DNA of 61,508 bases, the filler included, from Globobulimina sp. (lineage: Eukaryota), in NCBI GenBank assembly GCA_003354225.1. It is 12 parts of 12 records of this genome, joined end to end, with 100 filler letters (N's around TTAATTAATTAA, not from the genome) between each part and the next. Parts side by side here need not be neighbours in the genome. Positions count along the whole stretch, not along the records: positions 20,578 to 25,613 come from PIVH01000763.1; positions 25,714 to 30,749 come from PIVH01000764.1; positions 30,850 to 35,881 come from PIVH01000765.1; 9 more parts are not named here. One strand, given 5' to 3'. The position numbers and the translations under genes are program-made. This document shows positions 20,578-33,086 of this stretch, one piece after another (positions within the stretch are counted from its first letter, which is position 1; the number at the start of each line of letters is the position of its first letter). A model generated the notes under the pieces. It worked only from the letters and a program-made list of their open reading frames with translations, searched no databases and was not told the DNA's origin.

Positions 20578-23500
20578 TTCATTGATTGTTTTTCAGCAGA
20601 CGAGGTTTGCGTATTTATGCATGTGACATGTCCAGATTTGATACCGTTTCATACCATTTATGATTATTTATATAATCCAAAAAAATGCCATATTGCATTG
20701 AATGACTCGTACAATAATTACATATCAATATTCTCCAAACATGGCATGAATACAATCGATTTAAAATGCAATGACTTGGATGACTTAATTTGCGATGGCA
20801 TTATTTTGTATTGTACGCATACCGCACAATATTCAGATTATGCGTATTATTGCGATATGCAATATAATTACACTGACAATCAATGGTTTTGTGATAATTA
20901 TGACAATTTCTATATTTTCCATGCAGTGGACTCAGACCTTGTATATGGTGAATATGGCTGTGATGAATATATTTGGTTGGCTGATATTGCCATAATATAT
21001 ACATCAAAAATTACACAAATCAGACAAGCTTATCATGTAAAACATATAATCCCTCACAATCCCTGACAGAATGTTATATGTATTGTGATAAACCATATTC
21101 GTGTCAAGCATCTCATGTATATTGTGATGATGTGTTAGAAAAATGTCATTTTGAATGGTAAACCTGCAACAAATTTTTTTTTTATTTTTTTGCGACAAAT
21201 AACATGGCATACAATAGCATACAACAAATAAAATAAAAAAATAATTTGTTGTACATGTATGAGCAGTTCTGGATTACAAACATGTCATATCCCCTCATCA
21301 GGAGGGCAAGTATTATATATTGACTGCTCAATAAGTCCAGAGAGTGTATGCTCTGTGTTGATTAATCCTGGTCTATTACCACAAAATTATGGTAACTTTT
21401 ACAGCAATTATTTTGTATATGCAAAACAAGGCAATTCTGTTGATTTTCAAATATCACACAATTTACTCGGATATATATATGATGGCGGAATGCGACATGC
21501 TGATTTTAAGGTATTTTTACAAACAACAAACAACAAACAACCGACAGCTATATAATTTTACAAACAACCTTAAAAATTTCCGTACGTTTTTCGGAGGAAT
21601 CCCACAATTTAACGTATACTGCCAAACAACAACAAATGTATACCGGTAAACAGCGAATTAATTTGTGGAACGACTCCGGAAGTTTGGAATTAAACGTTAT
21701 AACTTATAAACATTTTAATTATCTGATAAGATATTGTCGAGTGATGATTTGGTCGGTTGGTCGAGTGAATATGATGTAGATTCTTGGTGGCGAGTGGCAA
21801 ATATTCAAACTATTGATGCGGATTCAAATAAAACAATGACTCCGGTTACAATTAATATTTTATGCGACCGATGTTATGCCGATTGGTTTGCGATCAGCGG
21901 CTATGATTACAACACAAATGTCTCGGTAAAATTGGAGTGTCTGCAATGTTCTGGAACAGATTTTAACTTTTGGGGTCTCACTTCATTTGAATTTGATTGT
22001 TATGGAGTTTGCAGCGATTCTACGCTAACACTGACGGACTCCAATGCGAATCTCAATTGCTATGAAGCTGATTCCTGTAATAATTTACAAGTTTATTTGA
22101 ACCCATCCAATTTTTCTGCATATAATGACGACAAATACTTATATAATCTGAATTTATTACAACAATCAGTCGGAATCCAAGTGCACAGTTTATATGGATT
22201 TAATCAATTAGACATTAATTATAATTCATCGCTATCTCATGACGACATTGCATTTAATTGTGGCTGGCCAGATTATTTCAATCAATATCGAGATTTTGAG
22301 TCCATTATCGAGTCTGAGTGCTTGTCATCGAATCCTGCATACGATTCAGCGGTGGTTGCCTTATTTGAAAAGCAATATGAATGGAAAAACTTTACCTCAC
22401 AAGTCACGTATTGTACACCATACCGATCGTGCAGAAGTTCATACATTCATTGCAGCGGTGATGAGTGTGTTTTACATTGCCACGGCCAATATAGCTGCAT
22501 CTATACCAGAATTTACACGAATTATTATATTGGGGATGTACAATATAGGCAGAACAGTTTGAAAGTATATTGTGGAGACTATGGCTCCTGTTATCATTTA
22601 AGAATCTTTGCCAACGATATCGATTATGTCGAAGTAAACTGCTTTGCTGGTAATTCGTGTCCGGGAGTACGCGTTTATTATTCCGATGCGTTGAGTCCAG
22701 CAAAAGGACTAAATTTCACATGTTATGACATTAACAAAACGCAAGCTGTGGTTGCTGCGGATGACAAATTCCAGTGGCCGTCCTGCAGACAATTACAGAT
22801 TTATTGCCCATTTGTTGGCTGCAATATTAATATTGAAAAGTCTTTTTTAATATTGAAATATTGAAAAATTGGACCCGTATGATATAAATATATATTACGC
22901 CAAAGGCTTTGCCGAATTGGATCTAAACTGTCAGTTCAATGCATTGACCAATCGGAGTATGTGCTATGACGTAAAGTATAGCTGCAGCAATTTGAACAAT
23001 AGCTACACGGAAACCCATGCATCCACACCACACGAACCAGCGGAACCACATTATGTAAATAATAAATATTTGTATCACAGTACATTTGACAGATATACTG
23101 GAGAGTGCATTGGTGGATGTTGTGATTATATATTTAGTTATTCCCCAACAACTTCGCCAACTGTGGCACCGTCATTTTCTCCCTCTGCATCGCCCATAAT
23201 TCCACCTACCTTCTCACCCACTGCTGCTCCAACCAGATCACCCACTAAATTTGCATTTGATCAACATTTCAATGCAACTTTTTATATCATGATTGAAGAC
23301 GATGTTATTAATGTTAATCATACAAAATTGAAATCCAACTACGATATTAATGACACAATGGTGGTGGTTCAAGAAGCCATAGAATATGGATATTTAGGCG
23401 CCTCTTCGACTGGTAAATCGTATGATGAATATAGCGTAATGATCAAAAATCTAAGTTTTGAGCTGGATCGCATTGATGTTGCAACGCAGATATATGTAAG

Positions 23501-24998
23501 TTCGGGGTTTATTAACGCATTCATAGCATTCACTGTTAACAATTATGATTTTGATGAGAATGTAGCTCGTCGATTAGAGCAAGAATGGAATGTATCCGAT
23601 GTGAAATTTGATGTATATAATTTCTCCATTGTTGAATATGAAGAAAGCAATGTTGCCAAAGAATTGACTGATTATGATTATAATCTTGGAACCATTGCAT
23701 TTGTTTCATTCACGTCATGCATATGGATTATTGGAATATTATCTTTGTTGCATACAAAGGGCAAATTAAAATGTTTGGATAAATTGCCAGGAATTCGGCC
23801 GTGTGACGATGAACAATATGCCAGTATTATTAGGTACGGTGCACAGGCATTAGATTTGTATTCTGACATTGCATTTTGTTGGGAATTATATGTATTTGCA
23901 GACATTTTGACCGGTAATGATCTGACTGTTATTAGGATTTTGTATAGTTTATCCTTTGTATTTTTCCTTCTTCCATTCGCCATAAATTTAATGGTCGCAG
24001 TCGTATTTCAAAAATTTATGGCTTATAAAGATAGTGGGCAGCGATTATCCGCTTTTACACAAAATTGGTTCAATAAATATTCCAAATTATTCTCTACCAT
24101 TGTCATTATATCCGGATCAGTTTCCAGTTCGTTGCAATTAATCAATTCGAGTATGTTTGGTCATGAATTTTTTCATTCTGGATTTTCAAAATATGAATTA
24201 TCGGAAATGAGCAAATTTCGAATTATGTTTAGTGTTTTACTGGAAAATATGCCCCAATTTATGATCCAATTATTTTATGTGACTTATTTCAAAGGAGATG
24301 TTATATCGTTTACATTTGTTGTATCGACGAGTAGTTCAATAATCAGCATATTATCATCGATTATGGAATATTTCTTAAAAAGACAGCATACACCGACATT
24401 TCAGACGAAATTTAATGTTGAAATTATTTTGTTGACTGAAGAGCAATCCGAGTTATCTGACTTGCAAATTGGACAAAGATTTTTGAATAAAGAACATTCG
24501 AACAGTAAAAGCAAGATAGAAGTTCGCGATATAAATGTTAAAAAATTGCATAAACGCGGCAATTTGAGGAAAGCTATAAAAAACAATGTAGCAAAATGCG
24601 TTTGTAAACTTGCTGACAATTTCGAATTATTATATTGTTATCAACAAATTGATGGATTAACTCTTCATGGATTGTGTTCCAGCGATGATTATAATACATT
24701 GCATCAATTATTTTTGAAACATCAGCAAGATTTGGTAAAGATTGTTAAAAAAGTGTATAAAATTGATGGTAAAATTAAATTGAGAAAGAAAACAGATGGA
24801 TTATCAAAGAAATATTGGAAAGTTGATTTTATTGTATTCGATGAAGCCGGGCATAATATGCATAATCCAGCAGTTGAATTAACACAAACGAACCCGGATA
24901 ATAAAAGTTTTCGAATCAAAGATGTGAATAAACTATCAAAGGTGGTGCAAGTTATTGAAATTAAACAACAAAAGCACAGAACAGGATATTTGGATTAA
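20578..24998 (+). CDS. Large Cys-rich cell-surface protein with PT stalk and C-terminal multi-TM region; 5'-partial, frameshifted
   Basis: CxGxxSC-type repeats, 'PTTSPTVAPSFSPS', TM block with 'DLYSDI' and 'LENMPQ'. Intron 21511-21730; 28-nt frameshifting insertion 22840-22867; the junction between about 20975 and 21260 is unresolved. Confidence 0.7.
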
Positions 24999-25473
24999 TT
25001 CTTCTCTTTATACTATGACTATGTATATATATACTAAATTATTATTAAATATTACATTATAAATTGTCTCGGTAATACATTTTCTCTTTTTTAGGTACAT
25101 TATAAAGCATTAATTATTATTGAATACATGTTTAAGATATATTTGATATTATTTTACAATTTAAATATAATATTAACTGTGCTTATTCATTATTTGGTAT
25201 TTTGCTAATTATTGTTTTAATAATTTTATGCTTTTATGTTACATATATTTTTTATTATTTATATTTTTAATCATTTTTTCAAGAACTGCATGCAGTGACA
25301 TTATTGTTTTTATTATTGTTTATATTGTTTTTATTAAAAGTTTATCCTTAAATTAATATTGTATACTCGTTCTTTTTCATGCCGCCCAGATAACTCAATT
25401 AAGATTGCAAACTAGTATATAAATCTATAACCGCTGTGAAAATGAGCAAATTAATGTGTTAACCGATTAGTAT

Positions 25474-25563
25474 CACTGCAGTCACAACTATTGAGCTAAT
25501 TTATTGTGGTGAGTTGAAGTCCGATCACCACAATGAAAATTAGCTCAACAGTTGACTGCAGTG
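25474..25563. mobile_element. Hairpin/foldback mini-element (about 39-bp arms, 12-nt loop)
   Basis: CACTGCAGTCACAACTATTGAGCTAATTTATTGTGGTGA / TCACCACAATGAAAATTAGCTCAACAGTTGACTGCAGTG. An identical 28-mer occurs at 5780-5807 and a related arm at 3283-3311. Confidence 0.75.
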
Positions 25564-25713
25564 GATGCAGTTGTGTTCTTTACCTATTGGAAATTGTGAA
25601 TTTTTACTGTTTANNNNNNNNNNNNNNNNNNNNNNNNNNNNNNNNNNNNNNNNNNNNTTAATTAATTAANNNNNNNNNNNNNNNNNNNNNNNNNNNNNNN
25701 NNNNNNNNNNNNN

Positions 25714-27223
25714 ATAATTAATATCTATGATAATAAAGGTTTGCATATCAGTTTATACGGACATAATGAGCGTGGGTCGACCGGCGGGGCCTCGTGTTTC
25801 TCTTCAATGGATTCGAAATTTTCAAATGCTAAATCTTCGGTAAGTTATTATAAAAAAGAAACTATGATTTTGAAAAGATTTGGTGTGTTTGTTGGATGCT
25901 ATTTGTTGTGTTGGATAATACCAATATTGCGCAGATATTATGCTTTATTTGTCGAGGATGAAAGACATGTCCCAGATTGGCTGATATTGTGCAGTGAAAT
26001 GGCTATGGCAATATTCCCAATGGCCAATGCAATCGTATGGTATACTAATCCCTCATTCAGGAAATTAATCAGTAAAAATTTGAAGTTTAGGGTAAATTGT
26101 GATTGTTGTTGTTCTCGGCAACCTAAATTATCCAAGGAATATGATCCAAATCGCGATCGTAAGAACAGCAATACACAGCTAACAAACCGTGATAATACTA
26201 AATTGAGGTATGTGTTTTACATATTTTGTGTCAAACAACTTAGAAATAGTATCTTTTGTGATTTATAGTGCGCGCAGATTGACTACATTGGACTCAAAAC
26301 GGTCGAGCAACAAAGAGATCCCATCCACGACCGGTCGGATAAGCGGTTACACCACACCTAATTCGTACGGCTCGTTTTGTAATATAATAGACACCGCTGC
26401 CTATTCGCATTACTCTTATCCCAACAAGACACATATGCATAATAAGAAAAGTGACAATGATTTGTTCTCAGCCAGTTCGTTCCCTCGATGTAAAGGCACA
26501 GCTCATATGATTGGAGGTGGTGGCTTTGGTGATACAGGCATCGATTTTGATGGATATTATAAGAATGATATTAATCTCATTGAGAATGATGAAACAACAG
26601 ACGATGACGATATAAGTAGCGGTGGAACTATTGATGACATAGAAACTTTTAAAAAATATTCAATGGAACAATTAGCCGCAAAATTTGAGAAAAAAAAAAT
26701 TAAGAAATACAGTAGCGGCGATATATCATTCCCTCCAATGATTTTATCACCGGGCAGTGTTGTTGCATTTTCGCAATCGGAAGAAATGAAACTTGAAAAT
26801 AATAAACTTACTTCGCCCGGGGATAGCAATGTTGTGCCTATACATATTCGAAAACAACCGCAACATTTTAATAATGAATATATAAAGGAATTGGCGAAGC
26901 ATTGTTATTATGGAAGTGATGGGAGTCCGCATAACATTCCATTTACAATTACAGAAGCAAAGAATAACAATAATAATAATAATGCAATATATAATAATAA
27001 TACTATCACTGCAAACAAATCATTGTCAATGATATCAAATTCAAATTTTGTGACTGGATTGTTTAGCGATGATGAGGAATATGAAGATAAATTGAAACGG
27101 TTTAAAAATTCAATTGTTGATTTTGATGAGGATTATGGGATTATAGAGGATGAGAGCGATGATAACCTGGGTAATCAGATAAATGTCAATGAGAATCACT
27201 TTGGTTTGCCAAATGACAAATGA
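25714..27223 (+). CDS. GPCR (cAMP-receptor-like TM6-TM7) with long C-terminal tail, 5'-partial
   Basis: 'LKRFGVFVGCYLLCWIIPILRR...PMANAIVWYTNP'; intron 26208-26268 joins the two ORFs in frame. Confidence 0.75.
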
Positions 27224-27297
27224 TTTTCTTAGAATATATGTATAGTTTGGTTGCATTGTAGTGTAAGATTCAGTTTTTAATTTCCAGCAAAAGATAA

Positions 27298-27481
27298 CCC
27301 CCCCCCTTGTATACCGTTGGTTCAATTATAAATTGTTCTGACTGTGTTCTGGATTTGCAAACCCAAGCAAATAACAAACACAGAACAAACCCAAGACAAA
27401 CCTATAGAAAACCGTTTCTGGATTTGCAAAGCGTTTATCAGATAATTGAATCAAATGTATACAACTTATCGACCAGGGGGG
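27298..27481. mobile_element. MITE-like element between convergent genes
   Basis: 27307-27329 vs 27442-27464 inverted (20 of 23), outer C-run and G-run, internal direct repeat TTCTGGATTTGCAAA twice. Confidence 0.55.
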
Positions 27482-27578
27482 TGCTAAAGTCGAAATCCGA
27501 TCTTGGTATTTTGGCACATTCCTAAACTATTAATTATTGAGCACAAACTGAAAAACAAATTTATATACATGCAAGTAT

Positions 27579-30500
27579 TTATGTTGCATTATTTGGCAAA
27601 CTATCGCAACATGTATGACAATACCAATTTCCATTGTCATCTAATGATTTTTGATCAACATTTCCATTGTCATCTAATGGTGTTTGATTACATTGAAAAC
27701 AGAAAGTTTGTTTTGTTTCATTATTTGCAAAGTCCGGTATATTAGAGATATCTTCTTGTACTGCTGAATGAGCGACCATTTCAATATTATTATTATCCGA
27801 TGTTTCCGATTTACTATCAATGGGTTGTTCCTTTGTATCTCTATTAATATTTGTTGCGGTATCAACACTATGCACAGTTGTTTGTGATTGCGGTGTAAAT
27901 ATTTCTGCGCTTCTATTCAAAATAAAACATTTATTACAACAGCAATAATAATTATATCTCTTCTTTGCGTCATATTTAATTAACCGCCTCATTGGTTTTC
28001 TATACATCCAACATAATAATATTATAAATAATAAATTTAATGATAAATCAATAATTCTATATACGATATTAAATTCATCCCAATATAATGTAAAATATAT
28101 TGACGATACAAATTGAATCAAGAAAAATAATGTGATACAAAAATTAATAAATAATAATTTCCGCGCCGTCGACAAATCTTCACCGCCAAAGCTCTGTGCT
28201 TTTGACGTTTTCACCATATTTTTAAATAAAACCTTAGCGAGACATGCTGCATATATTATAAATACGAAACAAATAATGAGACAAATGCAGGACCACAACA
28301 TCTCAATGATCAATATATACTCATTAATATGCAACCAGTTTGACACAATTAATATAAAAACAATAATTGTGAACATTGCCATTAATATATTGACAACAAA
28401 CAGTATGATTTTAATCCGATCATTCATATTTTCGAACGTTGAACTGCTCATTGAATGCGTTAAAACAAACCATGTGAAAAATATTATTGAATAACTTATA
28501 AAATATACATTCAACGCTGCTAACAACAATAACGTCAATATATTAATAGTAACCGTATTATTTCTTGGATCCGGAGAAGATTTTAAAAAATAAAATGTCA
28601 CACAAATCATAAAGTAAATGATCGAAACAGCAAATAAAGTCAACATTACATAAACCGATAATTGCTTATATTTTAAATACTTATCAACAAAAAATGGATA
28701 GATCTCTAAGAAAATATATATTGCAATTAATAAGAAACACAAACCAAAGAACGCATTAATATAATCCCAATATTCCCACTCAAATAACTGATGCATAAAT
28801 GTGTTATGGTTGCAATCGTCTGCAGCATAAATATTGTGTATGGTGGCGAACGTTGTTAAGTGGGCGCATTCGCAGTGGATTTTATTTATGGTTTGGTTAA
28901 TTATTGTGATACATCCATTGTTTTGCCAAATATCAGCAGTAACATTTAAATACATACATTCATAGCCATCATTAATGTTGCATCCATCCAACGGATTACA
29001 ATTAAATTCAAATACAATATTGCTTGATAAGTTATTTGTATTTGTATTATTTCCTAATATTGTAATTGATATCGATTCGGATGATAAGGTTCCTTCTTCT
29101 TCGCATTCATTCGACGATTGTGATATATTTACCACACTCTCATTGGTATCAATTCCAACCATCAGCACATTTAATGAATTAGTCAAATCCAATGGATTCA
29201 ATTTATTTCCTTTATTGTTTATTTGTGGAATAAATACTGATATATTTTGAACAGTTACGGATATATTATTGTTATTTGATATTTTGGTTGAAAATAAACT
29301 GAATTTATCCCATTTAATAAGTATCTCTTCTCCAGGTATCGAGGTTGAAATTGTGGACAAAGAGGCAATGTATAAGGCGCTGGATAATAAGTTGTAAATT
29401 CCAATGTTATTTGAATATGATATTAATTCAATTAAAGGCTCAGCCAATAAATATAATAAATGTTTATAATTATCATCAATTTCTAGCTTTGATAAATAGT
29501 GCGTAATATCTTCATTTTTATAATATATTTTTACCACATTTGTGATGATTGACTCTGTCGAAATGCTTAATTCCTCGATATTATCATATCCAATTTCATC
29601 CACAATATATAAGCAAGGATCTAAAGTCGTCGATATTAGGTTTTCTATCATCGCTTTATTGTATTTATTTTTATAAAAATTAGACATCAAATTATTGCTA
29701 AAATGAACGGAATCCATCCATAATTTTAAAACTTGCGATAACAACACTACAAAATTCATATTATTCCCACATATTTCATTAATATTTGTGTTTAATGTCA
29801 TTAAAATTATACCCAAAATTTGCTGCAAACAGTGATTTGTGTTTTGTATTCCATCTCTAAAATCGTATAAATATTGCAAAGATACATAGGAAGTTTGCAA
29901 AACGTACCAATATCTTTCATAATCTGTCAGAAACGAATCAATATTAATAAATAATAGACTGTCATCAATGCATTGTGTGTAAGAATTTAATTGTACATCA
30001 CACACAATTGAATCAGAAGCAAATGCAGATCGTGAATCATATACAGTGGCTACCAACGCATTATTGCCAATCTGTAAATATATATCATTTACATATGACG
30101 TGGCTAATAAATGTGGATGCAAATATTGTCCATTGTTACTAAATTGGTATAACAAAGGCACGTTATCGCCATCGGCAAGCACGGATAAAGAAAATGTGTC
30201 CGTCTCTACATAGTCATTAATAGAATCGTAGAAAATAATTCCATTTTCGCAATTTGGTGCAATTGTGAATGAATTATAAATGATTTTAGGTCCGCTTAAA
30301 ACATAAATGCTAATAATTGAGGAATTGCCGCGTGCAATTAATTGCGAGTCAGCATCGTATTGCAATACTGTTAATTGTAATGAATAGGTCAGACCTGCAG
30401 TCAATATGTTTGCGGCTAATACTAAATTTAATGAATTGTCGGAAGAGTGACTGTATGTTATCATATCCTCATCGCTCAATAAACCATTTACTTCATACCA

Positions 30501-30749
30501 TTTATGCGTGGTTATCCAAACTAAATCATTGTAATCATGATTAAAATTCACAATATCTGCAATTATTCTCAGTTTATCATCGACATTTATTCTGTTCGAC
30601 AGTGCCGTGCTGGATATGACTAAAAATACAAACCCAAAATCAGTTTCATTTGCAAGTAGCACATTTGCGTTCAATTTGACAACATCAAAACATGCATCTC
30701 GAAACTCATTGTTTTTATCATATACTTGCAATGTAAACGAAAATTCATA
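27579..30749 (-). CDS. REJ-like + GAIN/GPS + 7TM adhesion-type receptor, 5'-partial
   Basis: GPS motif 'CMYLN...WQNNGC...CECAHLTTFA' with an intact HL|T cleavage site; REJ-like 'LVLAANILTAGLTYSLQL', 'DGDNVPLLYQF'; seven TM helices. Confidence 0.85.
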   Translation of the reverse strand, partial: YEFSFTLQVYDKNNEFRDACFDVVKLNANVLLANETDFGFVFLVISSTALSNRINVDDKLRIIADIVNFNHDYNDLVWITTHKWYEVNGLLSDEDMITYSHSSDNSLNLVLAANILTAGLTYSLQLTVLQYDADSQLIARGNSSIISIYVLSGPKIIYNSFTIAPNCENGIIFYDSINDYVETDTFSLSVLADGDNVPLLYQFSNNGQYLHPHLLATSYVNDIYLQIGNNALVATVYDSRSAFASDSIVCDVQLNSYTQCIDDSLLFINIDSFLTDYERYWYVLQTSYVSLQYLYDFRDGIQNTNHCLQQILGIILMTLNTNINEICGNNMNFVVLLSQVLKLWMDSVHFSNNLMSNFYKNKYNKAMIENLISTTLDPCLYIVDEIGYDNIEELSISTESIITNVVKIYYKNEDITHYLSKLEIDDNYKHLLYLLAEPLIELISYSNNIGIYNLLSSALYIASLSTISTSIPGEEILIKWDKFSLFSTKISNNNNISVTVQNISVFIPQINNKGNKLNPLDLTNSLNVLMVGIDTNESVVNISQSSNECEEEGTLSSESISITILGNNTNTNNLSSNIVFEFNCNPLDGCNINDGYECMYLNVTADIWQNNGCITIINQTINKIHCECAHLTTFATIHNIYAADDCNHNTFMHQLFEWEYWDYINAFFGLCFLLIAIYIFLEIYPFFVDKYLKYKQLSVYVMLTLFAVSIIYFMICVTFYFLKSSPDPRNNTVTINILTLLLLAALNVYFISYSIIFFTWFVLTHSMSSSTFENMNDRIKIILFVVNILMAMFTIIVFILIVSNWLHINEYILIIEMLWSCICLIICFVFIIYAACLAKVLFKNMVKTSKAQSFGGEDLSTARKLLFINFCITLFFLIQFVSSIYFTLYWDEFNIVYRIIDLSLNLLFIILLCWMYRKPMRRLIKYDAKKRYNYYCCCNKCFILNRSAEIFTPQSQTTVHSVDTATNINRDTKEQPIDSKSETSDNNNIEMVAHSAVQEDISNIPDFANNETKQTFCFQCNQTPLDDNGNVDQKSLDDNGNWYCHTCCDSLPNNAT

Positions 30750-30849
30750 NNNNNNNNNNNNNNNNNNNNNNNNNNNNNNNNNNNNNNNNNNNNTTAATTA
30801 ATTAANNNNNNNNNNNNNNNNNNNNNNNNNNNNNNNNNNNNNNNNNNNN

Positions 30850-32753
30850 TCATCCTCCGAGTCTTTTTCTGTTTTATTCACATTAGAATATATTGTCATT
30901 CCTCGTGCATTTGCAGCTGCAGCCATGGCTTTTTTATTTCTTTTACGTATAATCAAAATAATAATTAATGTGATAACCAAACAAAAGCCACCAATTCCAA
31001 TTACAATCCATACCCGTACAGCAATCTTATTATCTTCTTCTTCAATAGGCTCAGTTGCAGGTTCTGTAAATGTAGTTGTCTTCGATAATTCTGTTGGTTG
31101 AAATGGTGTAATACCGCCATTTGTTGGCAGTAATATAGGATTGGTGGTAGGTTCAAATGTTGGTATAAATGCTGGATTGATGGTAGGCTCGATTGTAGGC
31201 TCGAATATGGGTTCAAATGTTGGATTGATGGTAGGTTCAAATGTTGGTATAAATGTTGGATTGTTTGTTGGAATGAATGTTGGTTTATTTGTTGGAATAA
31301 ATGTTGGATTGTTTGTTGGATCTGTGGTTGGATCGTTTGTGGGATGATTGGTTGGATCATTTGTTGGAATGAATGTTGGGTTATTTGTTGGAATAAATGT
31401 TGGATAGTTTGTGGGATCTGTGGTAGGATCTTTTGTTGGATCGTTGGCTGGATCGTTGGTTGGATCGTTTGTGGGATGATTGGTTGGATTTGTGGTTGGA
31501 TCGAATGAGGGATCATTTGTCGGATCTGTGGTGGGATCATTTGTAGGAGCTGTGGTTGGATCAGATGTTGGATCGTTTGTGGGATCATTTGTCGGATCTG
31601 TGGTTGGATCATTTGTTGGAATACATGTTGGGTTATTGGTTGGAATAAATGTTGGATCGTTTGTGGGGTCTGTGGTAGGATCTTTTGTTGGATCGTTTGT
31701 GGGATGATTGGTTGGATCTGTGGTGGGATCATTTGTCGGAGCTGTGGTTGGATCGTTTGTGGGATCATTTGTTGGATCTGTGGTTGGATCGAATGAGAGA
31801 TCATGTTTATGATAATAATGATTTAAATAAATTCATACAGCACACAAAAATAAAACATATGTTCTGCGCCTTAACTTGTAGTACGGACAGTTGGTGTATT
31901 CGTGGGATAGTTGGTAGGGATAAAATACGTTGAACAGATACTGTTAGGGTCCGCACAGTCCCATTCACTATCCGATACCAAACAATATCCACTAAAATCC
32001 TCTCTACAATGAATCCTTGGTTGATAGCCGCTCTCTGGAATACAATTATCTGTACACTCAATATTAATATCATTCATCCCTTCGACAGCATATATGTTTG
32101 AGTTTGGTCCCCAGATTGCCAGACCAGTTACATCTCCTTCAATAAACAAGTTGCAATTATTAGTATTGCCATATAATCCATCATCTGGGCAAAAAATGTA
32201 TGAAGACCTCATAACCCATAAAGCATTTGCTAATACGCGTATATACAGAGTTGACAATGTACCATAGATTACAGCATAAATACAGCCATATTCCAGAGAG
32301 CAGGTTACATCGCAAATTGCATTATTTGGACAAGTAATAGTAACTCCAGCCAAATTCCATGTATCTCCGCCTCCAACAACCGTTAAACCTCCAGTGTTTT
32401 CTCCATCTTTTATGATAAGATTTTTTTTTTCACCAATTAAACAAATAAATGTACATGTCATTGCTTAACTTATTGTTGCATCAGAACACGCCGAACTGCC
32501 TTGGCACATAACACTCAAAGCTAATGCCTTTGCTCCGTCTGTTTTCAGGATATAACTAAAAAACGTTTCTTAAATTAACATATAATGCAAATTATTAACT
32601 GATTGTTGCGTCCTTACAGGCATAGTGCTCACTGCACAAAACATTACATTCTTCATCATCTGGACAATAGAGAGTATAGCCTTTGCAAGACGAGTCTCCT
32701 ACGCATTCTATATCTTTGCCATACGCACCTTTCAACAATACTAATAATAAAAC
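30850..32753 (-). CDS. Type I membrane surface protein: signal peptide, Cys-rich repeats, PT stalk, TM; multi-exon, 3'-partial
   Basis: 'MVLLLVLLKGAYG', 'CVGDSSC...CSEHYAC', PTxDPT repeats, TM segment followed by 'RKRNKK'. Exact intron ends are uncertain. Confidence 0.75.
31141..31795 (-). repeat. Coding minisatellite with a 12-nt unit (PTxD/PTxx mucin-like stalk)
   Basis: Tandem GATCCAAC/GATCCCAC-type 12-mers on the minus strand; explains the spurious ORFs in other frames. Confidence 0.9.
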
Positions 32754-33086
32754 CATTACAGGATTGGATGTAAATAAATGATGTTGGAATGTATTTAATG
32801 ATTTTAATCCATTGTAATTCGCAGAGTTGATGTGGTACTGGTATGACAAGACATGATATGACAACTTTAGAAACAAGAAACAGAGTCAAAGTTATTGTAT
32901 ACAATTATAATAAATATATATTATTTATGTCTGGAACAAATAAAAGCAATCGCCACACATATAAGAAATAAGAATATTTGTCCGATCCAATAAAATAAAT
33001 CAGAGATATTTTTCGATTAACAAATATTGCTAAATATTAATTGAAAAAATACTGTGATCGCAGTAAACGTTTAAATTTATTATTAA

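Noticed and set aside
31001-31933. Gln/Ile/Pro-rich and VGS-repeat ORFs; CRISPR-like periodicity
   Set aside because: Alternative frames of a 12-nt coding minisatellite (PT stalk); no unique spacers and no cas genes.
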